From the human T2T-CHM13v2.0 reference genome, Homo sapiens: a DNA stretch of 64,000 nucleotides. The first letter of the stretch is position 1. Each line of letters opens with the position of its first letter. Both the position numbers and the translations under genes were made by a program. This document shows positions 29,576 to 43,642 of this stretch, piece by piece. The notes under the pieces are model-generated. The model had not been told where the DNA came from. It did not search any database and was given only the letters and a program-made list of their open reading frames with translations. The DNA is taken from NCBI RefSeq assembly GCF_009914755.1, contig NC_060931.1. One strand, 5' to 3'.

Positions 29576-31589
29576 CTAGTAGTTCTATAAAATTAGCTTT
29601 TCTTATAACAGTGGCTAAAATGTAGAATTATGAGGAAAATACTGCAAAAGTGAGAGATTCTTGGCCACCTGACAATCAACTTAATTTTGGTGATAAACAA
29701 GAGCAGTGGGTCTGGGGGAAATCACCAAAAAAAGACTGTTGCATTGAATCAGTGGCATTCTCATTTCCCCTATGTATAAGAAGCCTCCAATAATCAAGTA
29801 ACTAGAGATTTTGGTCTATATCAGCACCATCTTTTTGCTAATGAGTTATAATTCTTCTTTCATAATACAAATATTAATTGAGGATCTGTTTGAACTAATT
29901 GCTAGACATTAAAGATATTAACATAAAATATTATTTGTGTAGTCCTTGATTTTTAGTCACTAACATTTCAGGGTTGTGTATGTAATTTATATCATTTTTA
30001 TGATGCCCTAATAATTGGATACATGGAGGCAAGAATTTTCTCTCTCTCTCTCTTTTTTTTTTCGCTCCCAACACGTTTACTGGTGCCTGACGCATGGAAA
30101 GCCTTTGATGTGTGTTTATTGAATTGAATTGAGTGGATTCAATGTCTGTTTAACAGGGGGATTAAAATGTTTAAAGAAACAAACTGCTATCTATTGAAAT
30201 ATGTTTCTACAAATCTCTGTCAGTTTTCCATATCTTTGTTAGTGCAACCATAGAGATAGTACTAAAAAGTAGCAGAATTTAATTTTAATTATCATCTTCA
30301 TATTATAACTAAATCTCTGTCTGTGTGAATATTTTCTTTTGAGGCTAAATTGTGTGTTTATTCTTTTTAAATATATCAGCTCCTAGTATTTGGCCAACTC
30401 TTTAATCTGGTTTATTGAAGCTTACTTTATTCCGTATGTGCATTTTCATAAAGACAAAGTAATCACCACTAAGGCACATTTCCTGGTTGACTACTTCAGA
30501 GATGCTTGGGGCAGCATGTACACTGAAGTAAAGTGTTTCTCAGAATATGAACATTGTATTTCAAATCAGTTTCCAGCTGTTTTATTGTTTTCTTGTTCAT
30601 AGCCACATAAGGGAAAGTGAATAATACTGAACCAATTATGAAATCATGTGTCACTCTGCTAGTGATGAAAAATGGGCTAGACACAGAATGTCATCAACTT
30701 CCCTAAGTACAGACATTCCATCAACCTTAGAAACTGAGTGAGTATTTCTAGGCAGCCAGACTTGCTTAATGGCTGTCAGGTGTCCACTGAAAATTTGGTA
30801 CTCCCTTAGGGGATTGGTAATAATCCATCAAGGTTTAAGCTGGCATACCTTTCAACATGCATAGATCATTTGGCAACATCTTCAGCCTGGTACACTATCA
30901 GTTGTATATTCAGTGGATTACAATGATTAAGCAAGGCTTTACTTCTGGACTTTATGGGTTGTTGTTTTTTTGGTTTTTTTTTTGTTTTTTTTTTGCACTC
31001 ATCAAATTTTTTCATAGTGGAACAATTAAAAGAATAAGCAAATGGTTACAGCAGGAACAAAATTATATCATACTCATATGGATAAAAGCCTATAGATACT
31101 TAAAATAAAAACACCATCAAAAAGCCTCTATCCCCAGCATAAAAGACAAAAAGATGTCTTTGGAAATGTCTGTGGTATCTAAACTTTAAACTACATTTTA
31201 ATCCTCATATATCTCTCTGGAAGTCAGAATGCCTTCTTTTTTCCATTTATATCTGGGGGAAAAGAAATGGAGGATTTCAGTTATCAAGGTGAGTAGTAGC
31301 AATAGGGAAAGAATTTCAGATCTGGTAACACATGTAATTGTATTTTTAAAATGAAGATAGTGAAATAAACAATGTTTGCAGAAAAGCTTATTCTAATGTG
31401 CACATATGCAATAAATATTTGTTGAAAAGCTTATGACAAAATTTGAATTCTGCCTTGATTGTATCTAATCGGTCTGTTTTGTAATTCTTTGTTGCGTATA
31501 ATCTAAAATTGTAAACCTAAATAGAAAAAATTATCACAGTGACAAACCTATGCAAACATGTAATTTATTAGCAAATCAGTAGTATACAT

Positions 31590-31820
31590 AATAGCAGTTC
31601 CTTGAATACATATTATTGTGTTTCAGGCTCTATAACTACTGTCATTATATTTTATATTATTAATTCTCACAATATCTTATGAAATGGATACTGTTTTTAT
31701 CCCTGTATTTTATGGAAGGAAACTGAGGTTCAGAGGATATAAGTAATTTGCCCAAGTTGTAAAGCCATCTGAGTAAAGATGGATTTTGGACCGCGGTCAT
31801 GTAAGTTCAGAGGCTCTGCT
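31590..31820 (-). mobile_element. MIR
   Basis: Core GGAAACTGAGGTTCAGAG...AAGTAATTTGCCCAAG. Confidence 0.8.
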
Positions 31821-32302
31821 ACATTCTTAAAATATATAAAACATAATTCTACCTTTCTATTTATGTGGAGACACAAAAATTGATGACTGTAAAACAAGTA
31901 TACATAATCAATTTCTTTTCTTTGAAATAGGGTTAGTATCTATACTAAATTTATGAAGTTTTGCAACTATGATTAAAAAGTGTGTTATTGTTTTTATTTC
32001 ATACACTCACTTAATAAGTAGTTATTGAATGGAAAGCAATGTAACAAATGTTAGAGAAACACTGATGAAGTAAGCATAGCCCAACAGTCATGAAATCTGA
32101 TGGGAAGGCAGACAAAAACACAAATTTATATAAGTATTTTACAGAAAAAGATCTTTGAGATAGTGTGGCACTTGAACAAATTTAAATTAAAGGTTCTGCA
32201 AGGAAGTCCTCTCTTTCTTTATAATTTAACAAATTCTGTCAATTTATAACATGAAGCTAAAATTTTTCTAATATTATAAAGGTTGAATTGTCCTCATAAA
32301 AC

Positions 32303-32475
32303 AGAGTCCAATAAACTGCAGGCAAAATTGGGTACACTGACTATTTTTGTTTTTACAATTTTAAATAGTTATGTTTTAAATATATATTTATCTATATAAT
32401 ATCCTTGATGTTCTCTCTTGTCTTCAGAAGCCTGAAATATTTGCTGTATCATCCTTAAGAAAGAGTTTTATGACT
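32303..32475. mobile_element. MER58-like hAT MITE relic
   Basis: AAGCCTGAAATATTTGCT...CCTTAAGAAAGAGTTT resembles the MER58 terminus. Confidence 0.55.
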
Positions 32476-33945
32476 TTGTCTTATTAGTTAATACAAAATT
32501 GAGAATTAGAATTCAGCAAACTTTTAGAAGGCTGGTTACAATGACTACTAAAGTCCCTTTTATCTTTCAGTTTATGATTTTTTAATTCACCTTAAATTAT
32601 ATTGGAAGTCTTGTAAATCAAAGTATGAAAGCAACAAGGAAATAGTAATTGTTCTCTAAAGCAGTGGTTCTGAAACTTTCTGCATCATAGATCTTTTTGG
32701 AAATCTGGAATTTCTCTGCAGATAAATGCATGTATGTGAGCAAACCCACTGAATTTTCATATATTTCCACCAGAATCTGGCCTCCTGGCTTCCTATCAAT
32801 GGGTGATGTAGAGATTCAAGAACCACAGATTCAGAACTTCTTTTTCTTTTGCCAAAAGTTTGGTTGTTTACTTAGATTAGCAATGACTCTAAAATCCATA
32901 GAGACATAATTTTTCTATTTGCATTATCTGTCTGCATTCCTTTTAGATAGAGGAAATGAGCTGTCCTTGAATAATAAATTGGCTGATAGACATTACTGAT
33001 GCCCCTCACCACCCCCCCACCCCCTGCTGTTTGACTCTAAAGTTGATTTTGGTTGCTCTTCTTTCTTCAATAGCTAGGAGATGTTTTAAAAAGTAAATTG
33101 TAAATACAGGGTGTATAGGAAGCTACATTATGCTATTCCAATTGGATTGCTATCCCTCACCTTTCATTTGGATATTAAGAAAGCAAAATATTCGTGTCAA
33201 AGCAAAACTCTTGGTAAAGCTTTTAGGACTTTACTAATGCATTCCAACCTCATAGGTTTGGCTTCATTCTCTGAAGCTGAAAATAGCTAACAAATGGCTT
33301 TCCAGTACTGCCTGAGTTGTATCGTATTTCTGTTCTGCTTGTTGGCATACATGATATAGGGAGATGACATCATATATATCAAATCTTTCCCTCATTAAGA
33401 AACTTAGTTCAGGTTTTTCTTAGAGATACCTTTGTTTCATTTTATCCACAATGGGGATATTGCAGGATTAAAGTACAAATTAAAATCCCTTCAAAAGTGA
33501 AAATAGTAAAAAGGCAAAATATTCTGAATACATGTTTAAAGTCTAATACAGACACATATAGCTGAAGCACAGGAATATGTTGAGATGTATGTGGACATGC
33601 CCTGGTGGATATATATGTATGTCTCCCAGTATTAATATCAATTTTAACATCTACCTTAGGGAATGGTGGGAATTCCAGAGGAACCTTCCAAAACAAAATT
33701 TACATTGAATCTTCTCTGTCCTGTGGAAGAACTCAGAAAGATGAATTTTTACATGGAATAATGTTCTAGATATGAGAAAAAAAAATCTTCATTTTGCACT
33801 ACTTTGGACCGGGAGAAATTTGTGGAAACAGGATTTCTGAGAGCCACAAGATGGTTAGTAAACATCAGGCCTGGGTGGAAAGCAGAACAGGAGGCCTGGG
33901 GAAGGCACAAGACTGTGCCTCTGTAGGAGTGACCACTCGCTCCCT

Positions 33946-34115
33946 GTACATTTCAAAATAGCTAGAAGGGAATAATTTTAATATTTCTAGCATAAAGAAA
34001 AGATAAATATTTAAGATTATAGATATCCCAATTACCCTGATTTGCTTATATGAATGTATTAAATTATTACATTTACCCTAAATAGGTACATCTAATATGT
34101 ATCAACAAAAAAAAA
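33946..34115 (+). mobile_element. L1MA 3' end
   Basis: GTACATTTCAAAATAGCTAGAAG...CCCAATTACCCTGATTT...TATGTATCAA followed by an A tail. Confidence 0.85.
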
Positions 34116-34417
34116 GATTAAACAAAAGAAAGCTATTAAATTTTTTTCTCTAAACTTCGGTGCCTTTAATATAAACAGTAAGTGGTTATTGTCGTAGCAT
34201 GTATCTTATTGTCAAGGTAAAGAACTGCTTATACATATAATTGAAACATTCATGTTGAAAAACAAAGTGCTTTTTGAGCATCAGTGAACATTGAGTGAAG
34301 ACACATTCCAAACTTGAGGACACCTGTAGTGTTGTCTTCCCAAAAAGCATTTTAAAACTTTTGACTGTTGCTAAGTTTACAGCTTTAGCTGTACCTGAAA
34401 AATTGACTTCAGGCTAA

Positions 34418-34770
<353 letters not shown>

Positions 34771-35294
34771 CAGATATCATTTTTATAATTGATAAATGTA
34801 ATTAATAAGTATATAAGATATACTATCTTATAGTAATTAAATAATATATATCAAATAAATACATATGCAGATAAACACATCACGCATTGTTCTTCAGGCT
34901 GGCTACAATATTTAGGTACCACAAAAATGTGATGAAGGTATAAACAAATAAAATCTGTGTCTCATTTTTAAAAAGTATTTTTGCAATCATTTATATCTCT
35001 TCAAACAGAGCCTTTTTCATTGGCTTCTGCATTTATACTGTGATAAGTATGAGTGTACACAGACACACAACAAGCTCTCAGTAGGCATGTATGTGCCTGT
35101 TAAAATGTGATGCTACTTGAATATATTCTATGTGTATATATGTTTTTGATGGAAGAATGTTTGAAAAATCTCAATGGTAAATATCAGTTTTATATAAAAA
35201 CCAGCATATGTTTAAAAACTACTCTACCCTTCTCAAGTATTTTTCCCTGCAATCCTATCCCCCCCATCTTCTATCTCACTTTTAGATCATCTTA

Positions 35295-36420
35295 ACTAGA
35301 AAACAATTTGACAGTTTCTTATAAGCATATATGTACCATATAACCTAGTAATTCCATGCCTGGATATTTACCATAAAGAATGAAAACTTACATTCACACA
35401 AAATTTTTCATTGTCCATTGTAATTTTATTTGTAATAGCCCAAAAAAGCAGCTCATATGTTCTTCAATGGGTAAATGAATAAACAAACTGTCCTTTATCC
35501 ATATAGTGGAATACTGTTGAGCAACAAAAAAGAACAAACAATTGTTAAATGTGACAACTGGGATGGATCTCAAGGGCATTGTGCTGAGTGGAAAAACAAT
35601 CTCAAAAGGTTTTCTATTGTATAAGTTTATTTATATAACAGTGTTAATAAGAAAAAATTGTAGTAATGAAGAAAAGATGAGTGATTGCCAGGAACTAGGT
35701 TGGAGGGTGGTTGCTGGGACTACAAGGGGGAGGTTGAGAAAGTTTTTTTGGGGTGATGGCTCAGTTCTGTGTCCTGGTTTATGGTGGTAGTGTTCACATG
35801 AATCTACACATATGATTAAATTCGAATAAACTAGACAACAATTGGTAAAATCTGAATATAGCCCATATTTTAGTTAATAATATTGTGCCAATGCCAGTTT
35901 TCGGATTTTAATCATTGTACTTTGGTTATATAAGACATTATCAGTAATGTAGATGGAACAGGAGGTCATTATGTTAAGTGAAATAAGCCAAGAACAAAAA
36001 GACAAACATCACATGTTCTCACTCATATGTGGGAAGAAAAAAAAAACAGAATCCCATGAAGATAGAAGATTTGTAGTGCAAATATAAGGTCTGATGGAAG
36101 AAATAAGACCTAGTGTTGGATTAATCAGTACTATAACTACAGTTTATAATAACCTATTACGTATTTTAAAATAGAAGAGAATCGTTTAAATGGTTCAGCA
36201 TAAAGAAAATACATATTTAAGATGATGGATACTGTAAATACATTGATTTGATATTTACAAATTATATGAATGTATTAACTTATTACATGCACTCTGAAAC
36301 TGCATACACCTATCATGCATCAATAGAAAATAATTAAAAGAATATAAAGCACAGTAAAAAGATTTTTTGGTAACTACTGTGTGATTGTACCATTATTTCA
36401 AAATAAAAATATAAAAAATA
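35295..36420 (+). mobile_element. L1MD/ME 3' end with nested L1MA 3' fragment (~35947-36340)
   Basis: Two distinct L1 3'UTR types; the outer element resumes and ends ATTATTTCAAAATAAAAA. Confidence 0.75.
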
Positions 36421-37184
36421 GAGGTCTTCACATAACACTCTCAAAAGGCTCACTAGAAAGGAAAGGATACTACAAGCCTCCTGACACCTTCACCCATACT
36501 AATTTCCTTCTATCCTGCTAAATACAGGAGCACCTCTCCTCCCATCTAAGACCAAACTCGTCAATTAGGTTTTCTAGCCTATCTCTTTACAACTTATCAG
36601 CAATCCTATCTATTATTGTAGGTATCTCCTCTATCTCTCAGCTGTGTTCTTTCTATGAGTTTGTAAACTTCCTCAGATTACATGCCATTTTTTAAAAAAA
36701 AGTAGTAATTCCTTCCTTTGATCTAATATTCCCTTCTGCCTGCTGCTGTCATTTTTCTTCCCATTCTTAAATCCAAACCTTTCAAAAAGGTGCATATGTA
36801 TATATACGTACAGAAACCACCTCTTCACCTACTACCTTTACTTCAGCCTACACCAATGCTTTTGGAGAGTTTCAGTGATCATCGGGGGAGGAATTTGTGA
36901 AGGGTGATCATCAATAACATTAACCCCACTAAATCCAATGGACTGCTTCACAGTTCTTATCACAGGTCTTTACACTTATTTGTGTGAATATTTGATTAAT
37001 AGCTATCTCCTCACTAGACTGAGACCAGAGAATAACTTTAAAATTATTGCTCTACTCTTGAACAGAGTGGATGTTCAACTGTGTAAGCCTAAAATTAACA
37101 ACTGTACATAATCGTTTAAAAATACAATTCTCTAGCTAAGAGGAACTTGTTATTCCGGTGACTTATGTACCATTATTTATTTGA

Positions 37185-37505
37185 AATAGCCACTTGGTAA
37201 TCTCAGATGCATCTCCAGATTATCATGTTCAAAACTGAACTCAAGATCTTTTTCCTACAACTTATTTACACCCAGTATTCTCCATTTTAAGAAATGGCAC
37301 GTCTATGCATTCAGTTATACAAGCCTGAAATGTAGAAGTAATTCTTAACTTTTGTGAACTTTCATATCCAAAACATTCTCCATTTTGCAGATTTTATCTC
37401 CCAACTATTACTTGAATGAAACTTCCCTTTCTCTTCTTGAAATGCTAAATACTATCCCACTTATTATCTCTCATTCAAATGGCACATTCCTCGTAATTGG
37501 TCTTT
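37185..37505 (+). mobile_element. L2 relic
   Basis: CATGTTCAAAACTGAACTC and AAATGGCAC..CTATGCATTCAGTT motifs. Confidence 0.7.
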
Positions 37506-37954
37506 ATACTTCTACATATTAATATATATAAATATGTAAATACACATATGTATATTAATATAGTATTACATGGCATGTTAGATATATAACTATCATATAT
37601 CATATATTTAAAAATTGTAAATATTAATATATATTTCTTAATATGATATACTGATGTATTGATATATTAATATAGAAAGAAAAATTATTATTTATAAATA
37701 CATTGATATATGAACAGTTACCCAAATGAATCCTGAGTTTACTTGGACTCGACACATCCAACGAGCAACAGCAGAGTGCCTATTCTGTGTCAGGCACTCT
37801 GAGCTATTTGAGATTCCAAAAATGTCCATGTATGGCTCCTGCCTTCAAGTCTTTCAGTCCTAAACTGTGCTTCAGGTTGTCTGAGTGACCTTGTAGGGAA
37901 TCGGTAACCAGTTTACTTGCCATTTTCCTTTATCCTGATAATCCTGAAAGTCAT

Positions 37955-38385
37955 TGTTATGAGCAAAATGTTGTCATGTCTCCCTGCAAGACTCCTCAAA
38001 TTCATATGTTGAAATCCTAACCACCAGTACTTTAGAATGTGACTGCACATGGAAATAGGATCTTTAGAGAGGTAATTAAGTTAAAATGAGGTCATGAGGA
38101 TGGACCCTAATCCAATATGACAGGTATTCTTATAATACATAGGGATAAGACCCTAATCCTTATGAGAGGTATCCTTATAGGACATAGACAGGTAGACACA
38201 GAGGGAAGATCATATGAGGACACAATGAAAGGTGGTCATCTATGAGTTGAGGACAGAGGCCTTACCAACCGTACTAGCACCTCGATCTTGGAATTCTATC
38301 CCCAGATCTGTGAAGAAATAAGTTTCTGTTGGTTAAGTCTCCTAGTCTGTGCTACTTTGTTATGGCAGTCCTGGCAAACAGATAC
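37955..38385 (+). mobile_element. MLT1B-type MaLR solo LTR with internal ~31-bp duplication
   Basis: AAATTCATATGTTGAAATCCTAACC...GGTAATTAAGTTAAAATGAGGTC...TTTGTTATGGCAG; GACCCTAATCC..ATGA.AGGTAT.CTTATA occurs twice (~38103 and ~38149). Confidence 0.88.
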
Positions 38386-39518
38386 TTTCTCCCTTCTCTA
38401 TAGGTACATACTTTTGAAATCTCAGCATACTTTCCAACAAAGCTGACAAGACTTTTAATAACAATAACTAAAACTTTTATAGGGCTTCAAAATTTAAATA
38501 ACTGTGTACATGATGCCTTATTTAATCTTTACACCAACCTGAGAGTATCAGTGTTATTTCTCTTTCTAGTTTTTTTTGTGCAATTTACTTCCTCCTAAAC
38601 TCTCCCTGTAAGTGATAGAGCCTGGATTAAAACCCAGTGTTTTGATTTTCAAGCTTATGGGTGTTTAAACAATTGCCTGAATATTCCACGAACTGTACAA
38701 TGAGCAATGCAGAATTAACTGTAATTGGCTTTCTTCATAAAAAGTGGTTAACACAATAGGATTCTTTTATCTCTTCTCATCAGGGAGTTCAGATGTGCAT
38801 GTGTGGAGCTGTGTGTGAGTCTGTAGCCTCTGGTGACTAGCTGAAACATTGACAGTCAATCGGAATCAAACACCTCACAATGGTATTCTCCAAATGATGT
38901 TCATTAAGTGAAGCTTTTCTTCTCTCACAACCTAAAATAATCTTGTTTTGCAGAAATAAACAATAACAGTGGCCTGGGGATATTCAGGGAAGATTCCACC
39001 ACAGAAAACAGAATGTGGAAGTTGTTAGTCTTTTTTGCCTCTATGAGCTGTTATGAAACCTTGTGTTTCAAATCACAGCATGGCAAACTCAGTTTATCAA
39101 TATCTGGATACTGAATTCAAGATCTTGGTACCTTACTGAGCTGCTATGAAAAGCTATACAGGAATAACTTGAAATTTTTAAATATTCTATTGGTTATTAA
39201 TGCATTTTTATCTAGTCAGAGCAGGGCTTCTGCTTGGGAATCTACTTAAGTAAAAACTACATTTCTAAGGTATTTTTATATAAGTGGTTTCTTGCTAATT
39301 AGTAGAAGATATTCTTTCCAAAGAGAGGCCTTCTTTACTCTTCATCTCTGCATGTTAAGCTGTTTATGAAAAATACTTAATATTTCAAAGATTTCTCAAA
39401 GTCTCAGAAATAAAGGTCATCATGAAAATCAACAAAAGTAATTATGGTCCTTATCAAACACATCAAATGTCCGTGCTTGCTTTTTTGTCCATGTTCTGGA
39501 ATATTAAAAATGTTAGTC

Positions 39519-39816
39519 GGCTGGGTGCGGTGGCTCACGCCTGTAATCCCAGCACTTTGGGAGGCTGAGGCGAGTGGATCACCTGAGGTCAGGAGTTCGA
39601 GACCAGCCTGGCCAACATGGTGAAACCCTGTCTCTACTAAAAATACAAAAATTAGCTGGGCGTGATGGCAGACACCTGTAATCACAGCTACTTGGGAGGC
39701 TGAGGCCGGAGAATCTCATGAACCCAGGAGGCGGAAGTGGCAGTGAGCCGAGATCGTGCCATTGCACTCCAGCCTGGGCGTCAAGAGCGAAACTCCGTCT
39801 CAAAAAATAAAAAATA
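39519..39816 (+). mobile_element. AluSq/Sx
   Basis: Full dimer; TSD AAAAATGTT(A/G)GTC. Confidence 0.95.
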
Positions 39817-40504
39817 AAAAATGTTGGTCAACAATGTCATTATCTATATTTGTTAACAAGTTATGGAGGCATTATCATATGTATTAGGTTTGTTGTGTAG
39901 TGGAAAAATGAAGCAGTTCAGCAAGTCCTCAAAGAGCTTATAGTGATTTGAAAAAGCAGAACAGGTATGAGTGTAAATGGTTTGAAATTATTAAATATAC
40001 CACCTCTGAGGTAAGACAAATAGAGATACTTCTACCTATTGTTTTTTAAATCTATGTCTTTAACTTCATTTATTGTCAAATTTTAATGACTAGTAAATGC
40101 AAGATAAGATCAATTGGTAGTAGAGACAATACCATATTGCATTGTTTCTTATTTTACTGGAAATGCCTTTTTTTCTACATTAAATGGAACGTTTACTTAC
40201 TGCAGGGCTGAGGTATATTTATTATATTATTCTGTTAAGACTTATCAATCAATTCTTATTTAATTCAGGGTTTTTTGACACAAGTGGATGTTGGATTTTG
40301 TCAAGCAAAAGGTCTGCTGCTGTAAAAATTATCAGATGGTTTTTCTTGGTTCTATTAATGTGAAAGATTTTATTAAAATACTTTATAATAGAGGATTAAT
40401 TCTATTAATGTGCTGTTGATTCTTCTTTTTTTTAATATTTGCATAAATATTCATAAGTGGGGTTGGGCTGTAAATATTATTTTTTTGTTTGTTTTTGGTT
40501 TTTG

Positions 40505-40953
40505 TATTGTTGTTTTTTTTCTTTTTTGTTTGTTTTGAGATGGAGTCTTGCTCTGTCGCCCAGACGGATCACTAGGTCAGGACTTTGAGATCAGCTTGGC
40601 CAATGTGGTGAAACCCCGTCTCTACTAAAAATGCAAGAAAATTATCTTGGTGTGGTGGCCCAGGGTGGAGTGCACTGGCACAATCTCTGCTCACTGCACC
40701 TTCCGCCTCCTGGGTTCAAGCAATTCTCTGCCTCAGACTCCGGAGTAGCTGGGATTACAGGCACCCACCACCATGCCCGGCTAATTTTTGTATTTTTAGC
40801 AGAAACAGGGTTTCACCATCTTTGCCAGGCTTGTCTTGAACTCCACCTCATGCAGTGTTGACCAGGCTGGTCTCCAACTCCTGCGTTCAAAGGATGCTCC
40901 CACCTCAGCCTCCCAAGTGGCTGGGATTATAGACATGTGCCGCTATGTCTGGC
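40505..40953 (-). mobile_element. Rearranged Alu: minus-strand AluSg-like element with an internal plus-strand Alu segment, fused to an older left monomer
   Basis: Orientation switches at 40564 and back at 40658; second left-monomer piece at ~40852-40953. Confidence 0.85.
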
Positions 40954-41594
40954 TTCCTCTGTTTTAGTGTCTATGTTGTTGTTACTTCTAAATTTGTATG
41001 TTTGTGGTTTTACTTTTTTCCCTTACTTAGCTTATCATGTCAGTTTCGTTGATTTTATTGAAGATCAATATGTGAGATTTATTTGTTGGTTTCATAGCTT
41101 TTTGTTGGTTTATTTTTTTGCCTCAATTTTTATTTCTCATCTCTCTACATTTATTTAATTGTACATTTTTGGTTTCAATAATTGTTCTAATTTTTTTTAC
41201 TTTTATAGTTTTTATTGATATAGGTATTTGATGTTATCAGTCTTACTCTATAACTGCCTTTCTTGTAAGCCAAAATTCTAAAATATCCTGTTTTTAGTAA
41301 GATAAAATAAAATGTCCTGTTTTTATTATTATTTAAGCAATTTCATAATTTTGTTTTGTATTTCCCTTTTAACCTGAGATTTATTTAGCACACTTTCAGT
41401 TTCTATATTAAAATCTCTTTTGAAAATAATTTTATGATTTCTAGCAGAAAATATTATTTATTAGCATATTTTGTGGGTTAACATATGGCCATATTTTGTA
41501 CATGCTTCATATTTACTTGAACATAATTTATCCTCTTTTATTGAGGTTCCTACTTGGATATATATCACTGATCAACTTATTGAAAAGTAAAAGG

Positions 41595-41631
41595 AATGGC
41601 AAAAACTGCAATTACTTTTGCACCGACCTAA
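41595..41631. mobile_element. Half MADE1 (single Hsmar1 TIR)
   Basis: AATGGCAAAAACTGCAATTACTTTTGCACCGACCTAA. Confidence 0.9.
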
Positions 41632-42264
41632 TTATTTGTTAGTTCTTTTACATATTTTCTAACTCTTTATCCACTTAATCAGTCTTGGATTGTAAGAGTT
41701 GGGTTAAATTCTACTGTTATTAATATATATCTGCTTATTTCTTTCATAACTATAGTTTTAGCCTCCTAAAATTTGTTGCTGTACAAATATCAATAACTGT
41801 TATCATTATAATCTGTAACTTTTAGCATCATGAGATGTCATTTTTGTTTCTTTTATGCTTTCACGACAGTATTTCACCTCATCAAATATCAGCATCAAAA
41901 TTCTGTCTTTCTTTCTATTTGTGTGTATGTGTGTGTTTTTGGTTTACTTTTTAAGTATAATGGTGCTGAATCTCTTTGTATTATGATGTTTCATGTATAA
42001 TGTTAAAATTTGATTTTTTAGCCAATCTGAAAAGCTGTGTTTTTAGTAGGTTAAGTTCTCTGATATTTGCTGATATTACCAATATGTTTAGTCTTAGTTT
42101 TGTAATATTATTTCATGTTGTATTTATATATACTCAAATACTTCATAATCATCCTTTGTTAGCAAATAATCTGAATTTCAAACATATAAGAACTATTTCA
42201 ACCTGGCATATGCACCCCTACAAAATCTCTACACTTCCTTAACAGAAAATAAGAAATTTCAAGG

Positions 42265-42332
42265 AGATATATATATATATCTAGATATATATATATATCT
42301 ATATATATATATCTAGATATATATATATATAG
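42265..42332. repeat. (AT)n palindromic array punctuated by CTAG
   Basis: AG(AT)7CTAG(AT)7CT(AT)6CTAG(AT)7AG. Confidence 0.95.
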
Positions 42333-43330
42333 TAAAACTATTGATATTTGAGGTTAAAAAATTGTGATTCAATGTAATATCATTGATATTCCCATTTGCC
42401 ATCAATTACCGTATAACTAACTTTGTGAGTCTTCGCAGATTTTTATAAGTCAAACACTTGCTGCTTTGCGCCTGATTATTTTTTAATCTGATTATTCACA
42501 GCTTGCTAATTTGTAATTGGGTTTTTACAACTAGAAAACCTCCAGATTTCAGAAAAACTAATTTATTTTTTTCTTTGCTTAATTGTAGTGTTCACACTCA
42601 AAACAGTGGAGTGAGATGACTTCTAGTGGGTTTTCTGCAGTGTTCTGGAACCAATAAAATATATTATTGATTGCCTAATGAAAAGCACCATGTTCATACA
42701 AATTTACTGAGTCTGGGCAGGGATACAACTGCTACTTTTATTCTGTTTAGAGAATCACCTGCCATTTTACCAGGGTCTATTGCTACATATCAAGTGTGCT
42801 TTAAATTAGGTTGGGGTTACCTACAGGGAACTTTGTTAGGTGCTCTTATCCTTTTCCTTTCCTGCAGAGCTACCCATTGCTTCTCATTTAGCCAAAAATC
42901 ATCAAAATTAATTAAGATTGAGTGGTATAAAAGTTGAAACAAAGTACAAGTTAAGTCCCTTTGAGTCTCTCGAAATTACAGAGTAGAATTTTATATTGTA
43001 TTTACCACATTACTATGTAAGGTTTAGGCAAACTGACAGGGTGGGCCGATTAAATTTGCTGATTTAAAAATCAGAATTTCAAGAAAACACCTAGAAAAAA
43101 GATAGTGCAAAGAGAGCCATGCTTACCAGGATCAAGTGAAAAATTACGAAAATATTTTCATTTCATTAGTCCTTTTGACTAATGTTCTCAAAATATGGTC
43201 AATGCAGAGATGTCACAATTGGAAGAATAAAAACAAAGTGAGAAATTTTGTCATTGACTCTCATGAATATATAATCTAGTATGTCTTATATGACATTAGA
43301 TAGTATCAAGTAATACTGCAAAATAGCATT

Positions 43331-43642
43331 TGTATTCGTCAGAAAAGTTTATGGTAACAAATATCACCTGAATCTCTGTTCTATTAAACAACAAAGGTTT
43401 ATTGCTCACCTACACTACACCTTTAATGCATGTTGGCAAGAAGTTATATTCAGATAAAAAGGAGCTCTAGACAGTATTATATGGGCAATTAAATATTCCA
43501 GTCTACAAGTGACGCACGTCTCTTCTGCTCACAACTCATTGAAATGGCCATACCCGTAAAGGGCCAGTAATTTCAATCTTTCTATGTGCCAGAAGTTGGG
43601 AGAACAATTAATAGTTATCAAAGAACCCTAATGATCACCACA
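43331..43642 (-). mobile_element. Old MLT1 (J/K/L-type) LTR
   Basis: AAACAACAAAGGTTTATT, AAGTGACGCACGTCTCTTCTGCTCACA..TCATTG; ends TAATGATCACCACA. Confidence 0.7.

Larger units (their letters stand above)
40100..42130 (-). mobile_element. Highly decayed L1M ORF2 region
   Basis: T-rich reverse L1 motifs (GGATGTTGGATTTTGTCAA; ATATTCATAAGTGGGGTTGGGCTGTAA); boundaries approximate. Confidence 0.6.

Noticed and set aside
31278-31295. TTTTCAG-TTATCAAG-GTGAGT as an 8-nt microexon
   Set aside because: Purine-rich upstream sequence with no real pyrimidine tract, and no host gene evidence.
39519-40850. Inverted Alu pair about 0.7 kb apart as a special structure
   Set aside because: Common in primate DNA; only the internal rearrangement of the second Alu is unusual, and it is reported separately.
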